A DNA stretch of 64,000 nt, from the NCBI GenBank assembly GCA_964489015.1, contig CAZAXD010000006.1, positions 15,574-79,573 on the forward strand, given 5' to 3'. Under the pieces are notes generated by a model. It searched no databases. It was not told the origin of the DNA and saw only the letters and a program-made list of their open reading frames with translations. The translations under genes and the position numbers were made by a program. Below, one piece after another: positions 1 to 8,656 of the stretch (position 1 is its first letter; each line of letters starts with the position of its first letter). This DNA is from an uncultured Sphingobacterium sp. (GTDB lineage: Bacteria > Bacteroidota > Bacteroidia > SpSt-205).

Positions 1-1
1 A

Positions 2-952
2 AACTGGTATGTACGACGGAATCGTCGCCGTTTCTGGAAGGGCGAAAAAGATACCGATAAATGGGCGGCGTTTTCTCTGCTGCGAGAAGCCTTATTGCGG
101 GTGAGCCTCCTAATGGCACCTATCGCTCCTTTCATGGCTGACCTGCTCTGGCAGCGTTTGAAAGGAGAACCGGAGTCGGTACACTGGGCTGACTTCCCCA
201 AAGCAAATTCTGCCGTCATCGACCCTGCTCTGGAGGCAGCTATGCTACGTACCCGCCGCTTGGCCTCGCTCATTCACGCCTTACGCAAGCGGAGTAGCGT
301 ACGAGTACGGCAGCCCCTGCCGCAAATCCTCGTGCTAGCTCACTACCAAACCTGGCTTGCCCCTCTCGAGGTTCTTTTGCTAGACGAAGTCAACGTCAAG
401 GCTGTGACGTATATCGACGAACTAAGTGGGGCGATCCGCTACGAAGCCCGCCCCAATTACCGAGCCTTAGGTCCCCGTTTGGGCGACCGTATCAAACTTT
501 TTGCGAACTACCTTAGGGACCTTTCGCAAACGGAACTTCATCAAATCCTAACCCGTGGCGGATTCGTGTGGGAAGGCATTCCCATCTCTCTGGAGGAGCT
601 AGATATCCGGACGCAGGAGCTTAGCGGCTGGCTGTATGCGGCCGATGGCGACCTGGTCGTCGCCCTAGATACCCGCCTGACCCCTGAGCTCGAACGGGAA
701 GCTCTAGTCCGAGAGCTAGTGCACCTAATTCAGGTCCAGCGTAAAAATCAGCAGCTGGAGGTGACCGACCTGATTCGTCTGGACCTTCGTTTGCCCCAGA
801 ACTTGCTGGACGCGCTCACTTCAGCAAGCCCCTACATTCAGCAGGAATGCCTGGCCAGCGAAATCCATTGGGTAGCAGACGATACTATAACCGCTACCGA
901 ATACGACATTCCAGTTCAAATCACAATTACCAAAGTTTATGAGCATGTCTGA
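2..952 (+). CDS. ileS: isoleucyl-tRNA synthetase, C-terminal part (gene continues upstream of window)
   Basis: Frame is open from nt 2. Translation ...RRNRRRFWKGE...DKWAAF...LLMAPIAPFMADLLWQRL matches the IleS C-terminal region. It is followed by the conserved dksA-like / lspA neighbours. Confidence 0.8.
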   Translation, partial: NWYVRRNRRRFWKGEKDTDKWAAFSLLREALLRVSLLMAPIAPFMADLLWQRLKGEPESVHWADFPKANSAVIDPALEAAMLRTRRLASLIHALRKRSSVRVRQPLPQILVLAHYQTWLAPLEVLLLDEVNVKAVTYIDELSGAIRYEARPNYRALGPRLGDRIKLFANYLRDLSQTELHQILTRGGFVWEGIPISLEELDIRTQELSGWLYAADGDLVVALDTRLTPELEREALVRELVHLIQVQRKNQQLEVTDLIRLDLRLPQNLLDALTSASPYIQQECLASEIHWVADDTITATEYDIPVQITITKVYEHV

Positions 953-1316
953 AAAAACGCGCTACACCGCTGAAGAGCTGGCGGAGTTTAAGGCCCTGAT
1001 CCTGCAAAAGCTCGAAGAAGCTAAGCGGGAATACCAGCGCCTCAAAGAGACTTTAGAGGACCTCGTAGCGGCTGCCGAGGATCAGTATCGTACGGGCGAA
1101 TACATGGGCGCCGAGTATTCGGAAAAGGTCCAGCTGGAGCAGCTTCTAAGCCGGACCGTGAAGTACATCGATGCGCTGCAGCGGGCCCTGATCCGAATCG
1201 AGAATGGCACCTACGGCATCTGCAAAGTGACGGGCAAGCTCATCCCGCGGGAGCGCCTACTAGCCGTCCCGGTCGCTGAAACCCTCGTCGAAGTCAAGGA
1301 GCAGCGCCCTAAATGA
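939..1316 (+). CDS. DksA/TraR-family protein (Cys-poor variant)
   Basis: 125 aa; coiled-coil N-terminus plus a C-terminal motif GICKVTGKLIPRERLLAVP typical of DksA/TraR, but only one Cys. Overlaps the ileS end and the lspA start, so it is translationally coupled. Confidence 0.65.
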   Translation: MSMSEKTRYTAEELAEFKALILQKLEEAKREYQRLKETLEDLVAAAEDQYRTGEYMGAEYSEKVQLEQLLSRTVKYIDALQRALIRIENGTYGICKVTGKLIPRERLLAVPVAETLVEVKEQRPK

Positions 1317-1909
1317 AAGACGTCATTAAGCGCTGGAGCCTGGTCATCGGTCTGACCGTACTCTTAGACCAGGCCACTAAGGTCGCCATCAAGCTCACGC
1401 TGCCCCTCGGTTATGAATACCGCCTATGGGGCGACTGGCTCAAATTCCACTTTGTAGAAAACCCCGGGGCTGCCTTTGGGTTATCGCTAGCAGGGCTTTT
1501 CCCTGGTGAAAGCAGCATGGGCTTCTGGCCTCGCTTGATGCTGACCCTTTTGGCCCTAGGCATTACCATCGGGATCGGCTATTACTTAGGACGGTGGACC
1601 CTGCGAGAGCCGAAAATCCTGGTGCCAGCAGGGCTCATCTTAGGGGGAGCCGTAGGCAACCTCATCGACCGTATCTTTTATGGCGTCCTTTTCGCTAGTC
1701 GAAACGCTTACGAAGGCGGCTGGTTTCAGGGGCACGTGGTTGACTTTATTTATATCGATTTATGGCAGAGTTACGTGCCCACGTGGGTGCCCATCTGGGG
1801 GGGCGAGTACATGGCTCTCTGGCCTATCTTTAACATCGCCGATAGCGCTATTTCTATTGGGATTGTATGGCTGATGCTCCTTTCGTTTCAAAAGCCGTCG
1901 TCCGAGTAG
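1313..1909 (+). CDS. lspA: lipoprotein signal peptidase II
   Basis: 198 aa polytopic membrane protein with the LspA motifs (NxGAAFG, FNIADSAI). Conserved ileS-lspA context. Confidence 0.85.
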   Translation: MKDVIKRWSLVIGLTVLLDQATKVAIKLTLPLGYEYRLWGDWLKFHFVENPGAAFGLSLAGLFPGESSMGFWPRLMLTLLALGITIGIGYYLGRWTLREPKILVPAGLILGGAVGNLIDRIFYGVLFASRNAYEGGWFQGHVVDFIYIDLWQSYVPTWVPIWGGEYMALWPIFNIADSAISIGIVWLMLLSFQKPSSE

Positions 1910-2550
1910 AGGACTGGGGCTTGGCACCTTACGGGGAGGCCTGGGCCCGCCAGAAAGCCTATGTAGCCGAAGCTATAGCCCACCCGGAGACCTGGGAGGA
2001 TCGGCTTGTCTTTTGCGAGCATCCGCCGGTCATCACCTTAGGCCGCAATGCCCATACCGAAAACATTTTACTCCCCGAAGCGCTGCTCCAGGCCCGTGGT
2101 ATAGAAGTCTACCATGTAGAACGCGGCGGCGATGTCACCTACCACGGCCCCGGCCAAGTAGTAGGGTATCCCATCCTACGTTTAGAACGCTATAAATGCG
2201 ATATCAGCTGGTACATGCGAAGCCTAGAGGAAATGATTATTCAAGCCATTGCGGACTGGGGCTTATCTGGCACGCGACTTTCGGGCTTTACGGGGGTTTG
2301 GCTACTCCACCCCCCTCGTAAGATCGCCGCTATGGGCGTCAAGCTCTCCCGCTGGGTGTCGATGCACGGCTTCGCGCTCAATGTCAATACTGATCTCACC
2401 GCTTTTAACCTGATCGTGCCCTGCGGCATCCGAGATAAAGCGGTCACCTCCATGGCACAGGAATTAGGCCACCCAGTACCCTTACAGACTGTCAAAAACC
2501 GACTGGCCCAAGCCTTTGGAAAGGTCTTTGGCTGCGAAATGCGATGGTAA
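1867..2550 (+). CDS. lipB: lipoyl(octanoyl) transferase
   Basis: 227 aa with LipB-like sequence (HPPVITLGR, GGDVTYHGPGQ, KIAAMGVKL). Overlaps lspA by 43 nt. Confidence 0.8.
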   Translation: MADAPFVSKAVVRVEDWGLAPYGEAWARQKAYVAEAIAHPETWEDRLVFCEHPPVITLGRNAHTENILLPEALLQARGIEVYHVERGGDVTYHGPGQVVGYPILRLERYKCDISWYMRSLEEMIIQAIADWGLSGTRLSGFTGVWLLHPPRKIAAMGVKLSRWVSMHGFALNVNTDLTAFNLIVPCGIRDKAVTSMAQELGHPVPLQTVKNRLAQAFGKVFGCEMRW

Positions 2551-3014
2551 CGCAGACGCTTTGGTTTGGCCTCCTAGGCATAGGACTCGGCCTAGCTGGC
2601 TTGCTGGTTCAAAAGCTCTTAGCGCCGCGCGGTACGCCGCCCGCTTCCGTCGCGTACGAATGCGGAGAAAAACCTATCGGATCGCCCTGGGCCGGCTTTG
2701 AATGGCCTTTCCTGCACTTGGCTGCGATACTACTCTTATTAGAGGCAGAAGTCCTGTTTACCTTGCCCTGGGTTTGGGTTCAGCGCGAGCTTAACCGAAA
2801 CCTGGCTTTGGTTGAACTTCTCATCTTGCTTTTGCCGCTTGGAGCGGCCTATGCTTACCTCCTGAGAAACGGTTATTTCATCCAAGACTCCAAGCCTTCC
2901 CCCCCAAAAGTGCCCTTTACCTACCAAGCTTTACAAGAAAAGCTTTTGACACTAAATAAACGGCAGGTCTCTGAGCCTCAGCTACCTTCCCGCTCTACCG
3001 AACCGCCCGCTTAG
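2544..3014 (+). CDS. NADH-quinone oxidoreductase subunit A-like membrane protein (orphan, C-terminally extended)
   Basis: N-terminal TM helix followed by the YECGEKPIG...FLHLAAILLLLEAEVLFTLPW signature of NuoA/ND3. The ATG overlaps the lipB stop (ATGGTAA). No nuoB follows. Confidence 0.55.
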   Translation: MVTQTLWFGLLGIGLGLAGLLVQKLLAPRGTPPASVAYECGEKPIGSPWAGFEWPFLHLAAILLLLEAEVLFTLPWVWVQRELNRNLALVELLILLLPLGAAYAYLLRNGYFIQDSKPSPPKVPFTYQALQEKLLTLNKRQVSEPQLPSRSTEPPA

Positions 3015-3562
3015 GACTGGGACGGCTTGGCGTTGGATCGCCCTTTTTGCGGGGCTAAGACCAGGGTCATGTTTTTGCCATCCAACCTGGTAGGCTGCTC
3101 TACCCGGGATACGCCGGCTAGGGCTTCTGTAAAGCGCTCCAGTAGCTTCTCGCCAAATTCCGGATGAACGATACTACGCCCCCGAAACATCACAATAGCC
3201 CGAACCTTATTCCCTTCTTTGAGGAAGCTCTCCGCCTGCCGCACCTTAAAGGCAAAGTCATGATCATCGGTGTAAGGTCGAAAGCGAATTTCTTTGACTT
3301 CGATCTGATGCAGCTTTTGCTTAGCTTCCTTGGCTTTCTTTTTCTGTTCGAAACGAAGCCGTGAATATTCTATCACACGACAGACAGGGGGGGTAGCCTG
3401 GGGCGTGATTTCGACCAGGTCTTTGCCCTCCTCTTCGGCCATGCGCAGCGCTTGCTCCAAAGGGTAAATGCCATTGCGTTCTGGCGGCTCTAAACCCACA
3501 ATGCGCACTTCTGGCGCCGTGATCTGTCGATTTATACGATACTGTACCTCTTTCTGACTCAC
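3011..3562 (-). CDS. infC: translation initiation factor IF-3
   Basis: 183 aa, IF-3 N- and C-domains (VRIVG...EQALRMAEEEGKDLVEI...). GTG start at 3562 with a -7 box 7 nt upstream. Confidence 0.9.
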   Translation of the reverse strand: MSQKEVQYRINRQITAPEVRIVGLEPPERNGIYPLEQALRMAEEEGKDLVEITPQATPPVCRVIEYSRLRFEQKKKAKEAKQKLHQIEVKEIRFRPYTDDHDFAFKVRQAESFLKEGNKVRAIVMFRGRSIVHPEFGEKLLERFTEALAGVSRVEQPTRLDGKNMTLVLAPQKGRSNAKPSQS

Positions 3563-3569
3563 TTAGGCG

Positions 3570-3577
3570 CAAATTTA
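3570..3577 (-). promoter_or_regulatory. -7 box TAnnTTTG (taaatttg) for infC
   Basis: Exact motif on the minus strand 7 nt upstream of the infC GTG. Overlaps the stop region of the upstream DUF1573 gene. Confidence 0.6.
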
Positions 3578-3581
3578 GCAG

Positions 3582-3968
3582 CTAATCTTCATCTGCTGGT
3601 GCGTAAGGAGACTGAGCCTGGACCTCTCCCTGCAGGTAAAAGAAGGTGGGCGAGTTGATAGCATTGCTGAGAACGGTAAAGGTTTTGCGCTGAGGGCCCA
3701 CTCTGCCAGCGGTATTGAAACTGACCTGAATCTGCAGGCTATCACCGGGCCTTAAATCACGACGTTCCCATTCCAAGACCGAGCAGCTGCAGCTGGGCTT
3801 GATCTCTTGAATCTGCAACGTGCTTCCACCTGTGTTGTATAACTTGTAAACCGCTTTAACGAGGGTGCCACGCGAAACGGAACCGAACCGATATTCGGAG
3901 GGCACAACCATTAGCTGAGCCCCTTGAGCCCATAGTAATCCGAGCAGACAGAGGAAAAGGCGAAACAT
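3582..3968 (-). CDS. DUF1573-domain secreted protein
   Basis: 128 aa, signal peptide, SCSCS motif and a beta-rich ASPM/DUF1573-like sequence. Own -7 box upstream. Confidence 0.65.
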   Translation of the reverse strand: MFRLFLCLLGLLWAQGAQLMVVPSEYRFGSVSRGTLVKAVYKLYNTGGSTLQIQEIKPSCSCSVLEWERRDLRPGDSLQIQVSFNTAGRVGPQRKTFTVLSNAINSPTFFYLQGEVQAQSPYAPADED

Positions 3969-3975
3969 GGCTGGG

Positions 3976-3983
3976 CAAAATTA
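3976..3983 (-). promoter_or_regulatory. -7 box (taattttg) for DUF1573 gene
   Basis: Exact TAnnTTTG 7 nt upstream of the ATG at 3968. Confidence 0.6.
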
Positions 3984-3990
3984 TCAAAAA

Positions 3991-4689
3991 TCATGCCGAG
4001 AGCTTGAACGTAAACCAAAATACACTGCCTTGCCCCACCTGACTTTCGACTTGGATGGTGCTACCGTGAGCCGCTAAAAGTTCTTTGACGAGCGTGAGGC
4101 CAAGGCCCGTGCCGCCGCTTTGCCGAGAACGGCTCTTGTCAACCCGATAAAAGCGTTCGAAAATATGCGGCAGATGCTCAGGCGCAATGCCTTCGCCCTC
4201 GTCCCGCACCCCAATACGCACCCACTCTCCATTCATCGTCCAAAACACCCATACCCGACGCCCTTCGGGGCTGTACTGAATAGCATTTTCAATAAGATTT
4301 TTGAGCACGAGCCGAAGGGCTGTGGGGTCTGCTTCCACGGCAGTGTTGTGATCTTGGGCTTCTATGGATAGGCGTATCTTCTTTGACTGGGCAAGGGCTT
4401 CAAGCTCGCCAAAAAGCTCTTCTGTCAGCCCCTGCAAGGAGACCGGCTCTAAGCTCAGCACCCAGCGCCCTTGCTCTACCTGTGCCAAAAAAAGTACATC
4501 CTGAACTAAATGGGCTAAACGCTGCGCCTGCGCCAGGGCCTTCTGAATAAATTGAGGCGCGACGGCAGTATCACGCCAAGCGCCGTCTGATAAAGTATCT
4601 AAATAGCCTATCAAAATCGAAATAGGTGTCTTGAGTTCGTGGGAGAGTTCTGCTAGAAACTGGACCTCCTTCGGAGGGGTGTTCTGCAT
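3991..4689 (-). CDS. histidine kinase core (HisKA + HATPase_c) without a sensor domain; may extend 5' to about 4803 to include a TM anchor
   Basis: H-box LSHELKTPISIL, then N, G1 and G2 boxes (RDEGEGIAPE, GGTGLGL). The in-frame upstream stretch 4690-4815 encodes a 22-residue hydrophobic helix but has no ATG/GTG/TTG. Confidence 0.75.
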   Translation of the reverse strand: MQNTPPKEVQFLAELSHELKTPISILIGYLDTLSDGAWRDTAVAPQFIQKALAQAQRLAHLVQDVLFLAQVEQGRWVLSLEPVSLQGLTEELFGELEALAQSKKIRLSIEAQDHNTAVEADPTALRLVLKNLIENAIQYSPEGRRVWVFWTMNGEWVRIGVRDEGEGIAPEHLPHIFERFYRVDKSRSRQSGGTGLGLTLVKELLAAHGSTIQVESQVGQGSVFWFTFKLSA

Positions 4690-4787
4690 AGCGGGAGACT
4701 GCAGGACATTGGCCGGGGATGCATGAGATTTTTTTCGGAGTACAAGCGCCAGGGTAGTGCCGAGTAGGAGCCCAGCAGCCAGTCCGC

Positions 4788-5786
4788 CTACAAACGTGAC
4801 AATAGGTCTTTCTTTTTAGCTTCAAACTCTTCTTCGGAGAGGATGCCAGCGTTTTTGAGCTCGGCTAGTTCCTTGAGCGTCTGGAGGATGGCCTGGCGAT
4901 CTTGGGGTGCTGCGCTACTACGGACCTCCTTAGCCATCTCCATGCCCATGCCAAATTGGAGCGCAGCCTGAGCCATGCCGGCCCCCGCTTGGGGATCCTC
5001 CATCGCCTGCCCCATCTGAAACTGCATAAACCGCTTCATGTCGTCGACCTGCTGCGACATATCGACCTTTTTACGCAGACGGCGCAGCTCAAAGTCCTGC
5101 TCTAAGAGCTGCTTTTGAATCTCCTCAGGCAGAGAAACATTTTCGACAAAGAACCGCGTCACTTCTACACCCACCCGCTCAAACTCCGGCTTGAGTAGCG
5201 GCAGTAAAACATCCCCGAGCTGATTCGCTTGGGCATTGATCTCGACCAGTGTGCGGCCAGAAGCCTTCAGGGCATTCGAAAAGTACGTCACCACCAGGCT
5301 ACGAAATCCCTCTAAAAACTCTTCTAGGGTCACGACCGGATCCGTCCCCGCAAACTCCCGAAAGAACTGCGCCGCATCCTTCACCTTCATATTAAAGGTG
5401 CCAAAGGCCCGCATGGGCACCAAGCTGAAATCCGGGTCCGACACATTAATGGGTTGCTGCGTACCCCAGCGTAACCCCGTAAACTCACGCGTACTGACAA
5501 AGTACACATCGACCTTGAAAGGCGAGTTGAAGCCATACTTCCACCCCTTCAGGTCAGAAAGAATAGGCATATTTCGCGTGATAAGCTCATAACGACCCGG
5601 CGGAAAAACATCCGCTAGCTTGCCTTCATTAACAAAGAGCACTACTTGCGATTCACGCACCGTGAGCTGGGCACCCATTTTGATTTCCCGATCTTCGTCT
5701 GGAAATTTCCAAATGATCGTATTGCGGGTTTCGTCTACCCACTCGATGATCTCGATAAACTGCCTACGCAGGAAGGAGAGTACCAT
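4788..5786 (-). CDS. SPFH (band-7, PF13421-like) protein with C-terminal SHOCT-like motif
   Basis: N-terminus FIEIIEWVDETRNTIIWKFP...GAQLTVRESQVVLFVNEG is typical of cytoplasmic SPFH proteins. C-terminus LKELAELKNAGILSEEEFEAKKKDLL matches a SHOCT signature. -7 box 4 nt upstream of the ATG. Confidence 0.75.
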   Translation of the reverse strand: MVLSFLRRQFIEIIEWVDETRNTIIWKFPDEDREIKMGAQLTVRESQVVLFVNEGKLADVFPPGRYELITRNMPILSDLKGWKYGFNSPFKVDVYFVSTREFTGLRWGTQQPINVSDPDFSLVPMRAFGTFNMKVKDAAQFFREFAGTDPVVTLEEFLEGFRSLVVTYFSNALKASGRTLVEINAQANQLGDVLLPLLKPEFERVGVEVTRFFVENVSLPEEIQKQLLEQDFELRRLRKKVDMSQQVDDMKRFMQFQMGQAMEDPQAGAGMAQAALQFGMGMEMAKEVRSSAAPQDRQAILQTLKELAELKNAGILSEEEFEAKKKDLLSRL

Positions 5787-5790
5787 TTAG

Positions 5791-5798
5791 CAAAGATA
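5791..5798 (-). promoter_or_regulatory. -7 box (tatctttg) for SPFH gene
   Basis: Exact motif 4 nt upstream of the ATG at 5786. Lies within the last codons of the TBDR gene. Confidence 0.6.
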
Positions 5799-5800
5799 GC

Positions 5801-8656
5801 TTAAAAGCTCCAGTTGAGACCGATAAAAATCTGACGAGGGGGCAGATAACGGGCCGGATCGGTAGGCGGCGGTCCACTATCGAGCGGGCTTGGATACTTC
5901 GGATCACGCCAGGTAATAGGTACGTCGTCGGGATACTCATAAGCCCGGCCGGTGACGGGGTTGATGATCGCCGCATTTTTGTGGCTAAAGAGATTACGCA
6001 CTTCCACGAAGCAGGAGAGCCGATCCTTGAAGAAACTGCGAGTGAGACGCAAATCGACCCAGCGCCAGGGGGTTCCGATACCAAGGTTGCGCCGCGTCTC
6101 ATCAAATTCATACACAGGTCGACCCGAGACCGGTTCGGTCCCCGTGTAGCGGGCCGGCGTATAACGCAGCCCCGATTTGTAGGTAGCTGATAAAAAGAAG
6201 GTCCAGTCTCGCAGTAGAGGCGTAGAAAAGCCAGGCGGTGATTTGAGGATGCCCCACACCTTTATATCCCAGGGGCGGTCCCAGGCTAAAAAGAACTCTT
6301 TCGTCACGTCCACACGGCCTTGCTGTCGAATCTGTAAGACCGACTCCAAAGCAGAGTTAGACTTACCGGTAGCGACCTGATAGGTGACACTACCGGCTAC
6401 TTTGAGCCAAGAGCCTATTTGTCGTTGCAAGAAGACATCTATCCCGCGTACCCGCGCATAATCGAGATTCACCGCAAAGAGCCGCTCCGTAAACCGGCCA
6501 GTCTGGTCGCGAATCGTGATCGTACGGTTGACGATAAAGTCAAATTTGTCATTATAAAAAGCGCTAACGGTCAAAGCCCAGCTTCTCCCTAGATTGGATT
6601 TTAGGCCGATCTCATAGCCGACATTCACTTCGGGATTCAGATCAGGATTGCCGAGATTGGCCAGGAAGGACCGATCTTGATAAACAGGGTCGAGCCCCGC
6701 ATAGACAAAGCGCGGATGCGGTAGGCGCGTCGTATGAGCATAGTTGAAGAATAAAACATGGTTGTCCGTAACGGGAAAGGAGACCCTGAGGCGCGGAAGT
6801 AGCCGCACCTTGTAGCGAAGGCCAAGGAGCGGGATCGTGCGGCGCCTGTAGTTAACCCGGACCGACTCCAAAACAGGTGCCAGGGGATCTTCAATAGCTT
6901 GATCAACAAAGCGTCCAGGCGCCCAGTACCATAAGCGCGCCCCCAAGCTAGCCACGATCCCCTTATACCGAATCCGATCTTCTACGAAGAAGCCGCCGGT
7001 CACCGGCCGCACCCGCCAGATGTCATTAGTAGCCCCGATCCGGTTCGAAGCAAAGGCTTGACCATTGTCTAAACGGATAGGGGCGCCTACCCAAGGCCGC
7101 GTCACGTCGATCCATTGATAATACGCCACACGGTTTTCCCAGCCTACGATCCAGAAGTGAGCCGTCGACCGCGGCTGATAAGTGAACTTGGCTTTGAACG
7201 TATACTCTTGCGCAAAATGATCATGCCAGAGGGTGGCAATCCCGCCGTTGTTGAATAGACCGATCGGCGCATTCACATAAACGGTGCTGTCACCGGGATT
7301 GTAAAGCGTAACAGGATCCGTCACGATGGAAGCCGGATCATAAATCTGTCGAATGACGCTATCCCGAAACGGCCGTCCATTCGCATCCGCCCGAAGGTTG
7401 ACAAAAAGGCGCGAGAACGTCAGCTCGCCGGTCCAACTCTTAGACAAGACGCGGTTGAATTTCAGGATAGTAAGGTTCGAACGGTGAGTGTAAGTATTGG
7501 CGTTATCCGGCTGTAGAGAGAAAAGGTATTGAAAACCTGGAACCATGATCTGATCGCTGCCGATTATCTGCAGGGAACGGGTGTTTTGATTGATCGCCAG
7601 ACTCTGCTGAATGGTAAGCGCTACTTTGGTACGGTCATCGAGGCGGTACGTGAGCTTGAGGGTGCCTGACCATTTATTATCCTGCCGGGGGGCTAATAGA
7701 GCACTTTTGGAGTCAAGCCCAAGGGGCCCCCGTACAAGCTGATAAAGCTGATCCCGGTCTGCCGTCTCTTCTAGCAGACTGCTTCTAAGCTGACGAGCCG
7801 TAACCCCAAAATATTCATCGGTGAGGCGAACGTCAAAGCTCGAGAAGAGCGAAAGACGCGTTTTGTTAGTGGCAGAATCCCGCCAGAGCGGCCCGCCAAG
7901 CGCAATGTTAAAGATGTCCGTATTCCAACCCTCTCGCTGCCAAACCCCACCCATCTGGTCCCTCATGTAGCGGCCACTAAATCGCCAGCGATCACCGCCC
8001 TCTCTCAGGCGCACCGCAACGACACCTGACGTCCCATCACCATACTCGGCATCCATCCCCCCTGTAATCACCTCCATGTCTTCGATAGCTGCTTGCGAGA
8101 CCTCGACGCCAAAGCCCGTCCCGGCCAGCGGGTCCTGGGCATTCACGCCTTCTATAACGTACTGCGTTTCGTAGACACGCCCCCCTCGAATCTGCACACC
8201 ATCTAGCGTCTGCGCGACACCCGGCATCAGGGAGGCCATGGTTTGTACATCTACGGCCGTTGTCTGCCGAATTTCTTCTCCACTTACCCGCAAATCGCTC
8301 TTGCCTGATTCTAAGTTGACGAGCGGCCGATCTCCGATAATTTCTACCGTTTGTAGGCTCGTACCTACCGCAGAGAGTGGTACGCTTAGCGTGAGAACCT
8401 GCTCAGGCTTGAGTGTAAGGTTCGTGAGAATTACTTCGTTATACCCCACGTAGGTCACTCGTAGGCTATAAGTCCCTGGGCTAATGTCTTTGAGCTCAAA
8501 GCGTCCATTTTCGTCCGTATAGCCCCCCTTGTAAGTGCCTACGAGTGTCACGGTCGCCCCAATCAAGGGCTCCCTAGTGACTTTATCGGTAACCGTACCT
8601 CGGATGACGGTCTTTTGCGCCCAAAGGAGCGTAACAATCGCTATCAATCCCCTCAT
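5801..8656 (-). CDS. TonB-dependent receptor with N-terminal CarboxypepD_reg-like domain
   Basis: 951 aa; signal peptide, carboxypeptidase-regulatory-like N-domain, plug, and a beta-barrel ending ...NWSF. The start overlaps the upstream lipoprotein gene by 4 nt. Confidence 0.85.
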   Translation of the reverse strand: MRGLIAIVTLLWAQKTVIRGTVTDKVTREPLIGATVTLVGTYKGGYTDENGRFELKDISPGTYSLRVTYVGYNEVILTNLTLKPEQVLTLSVPLSAVGTSLQTVEIIGDRPLVNLESGKSDLRVSGEEIRQTTAVDVQTMASLMPGVAQTLDGVQIRGGRVYETQYVIEGVNAQDPLAGTGFGVEVSQAAIEDMEVITGGMDAEYGDGTSGVVAVRLREGGDRWRFSGRYMRDQMGGVWQREGWNTDIFNIALGGPLWRDSATNKTRLSLFSSFDVRLTDEYFGVTARQLRSSLLEETADRDQLYQLVRGPLGLDSKSALLAPRQDNKWSGTLKLTYRLDDRTKVALTIQQSLAINQNTRSLQIIGSDQIMVPGFQYLFSLQPDNANTYTHRSNLTILKFNRVLSKSWTGELTFSRLFVNLRADANGRPFRDSVIRQIYDPASIVTDPVTLYNPGDSTVYVNAPIGLFNNGGIATLWHDHFAQEYTFKAKFTYQPRSTAHFWIVGWENRVAYYQWIDVTRPWVGAPIRLDNGQAFASNRIGATNDIWRVRPVTGGFFVEDRIRYKGIVASLGARLWYWAPGRFVDQAIEDPLAPVLESVRVNYRRRTIPLLGLRYKVRLLPRLRVSFPVTDNHVLFFNYAHTTRLPHPRFVYAGLDPVYQDRSFLANLGNPDLNPEVNVGYEIGLKSNLGRSWALTVSAFYNDKFDFIVNRTITIRDQTGRFTERLFAVNLDYARVRGIDVFLQRQIGSWLKVAGSVTYQVATGKSNSALESVLQIRQQGRVDVTKEFFLAWDRPWDIKVWGILKSPPGFSTPLLRDWTFFLSATYKSGLRYTPARYTGTEPVSGRPVYEFDETRRNLGIGTPWRWVDLRLTRSFFKDRLSCFVEVRNLFSHKNAAIINPVTGRAYEYPDDVPITWRDPKYPSPLDSGPPPTDPARYLPPRQIFIGLNWSF

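Noticed and set aside
2013-2195. Many 60-120 aa ORFs embedded in or antisense to long genes (for example 2013-2195, 2241-2495, 5952-6149, 9489-9743, 13108-13344, 17444-17641, 24548-24883, 32304-32672, 43110-43343, 53179-53517)
   Set aside because: They lie wholly inside well-supported coding regions, have an Arg/Ser/Pro-rich composition typical of out-of-frame translation of GC-rich DNA, and have no -7 box and no recognisable motifs.
4571-4825. 84-aa ORF in the third frame across the SPFH/HK junction
   Set aside because: Cys/Arg-rich nonsense composition. The biologically coherent reading in this region is the TM helix in the kinase frame.
4690-4830. Programmed -1 frameshift producing an SPFH-TM-kinase fusion protein
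   Set aside because: Kept only as a minority hypothesis. A fusion would place the cytoplasmic SPFH domain and the ATP-dependent kinase on opposite sides of the membrane. The slippery heptamer is T-AAA-AAG rather than A-AAA-AAG, and no clear downstream stimulatory hairpin is visible by eye. A non-canonical or coupled start of a separate kinase seems more likely.
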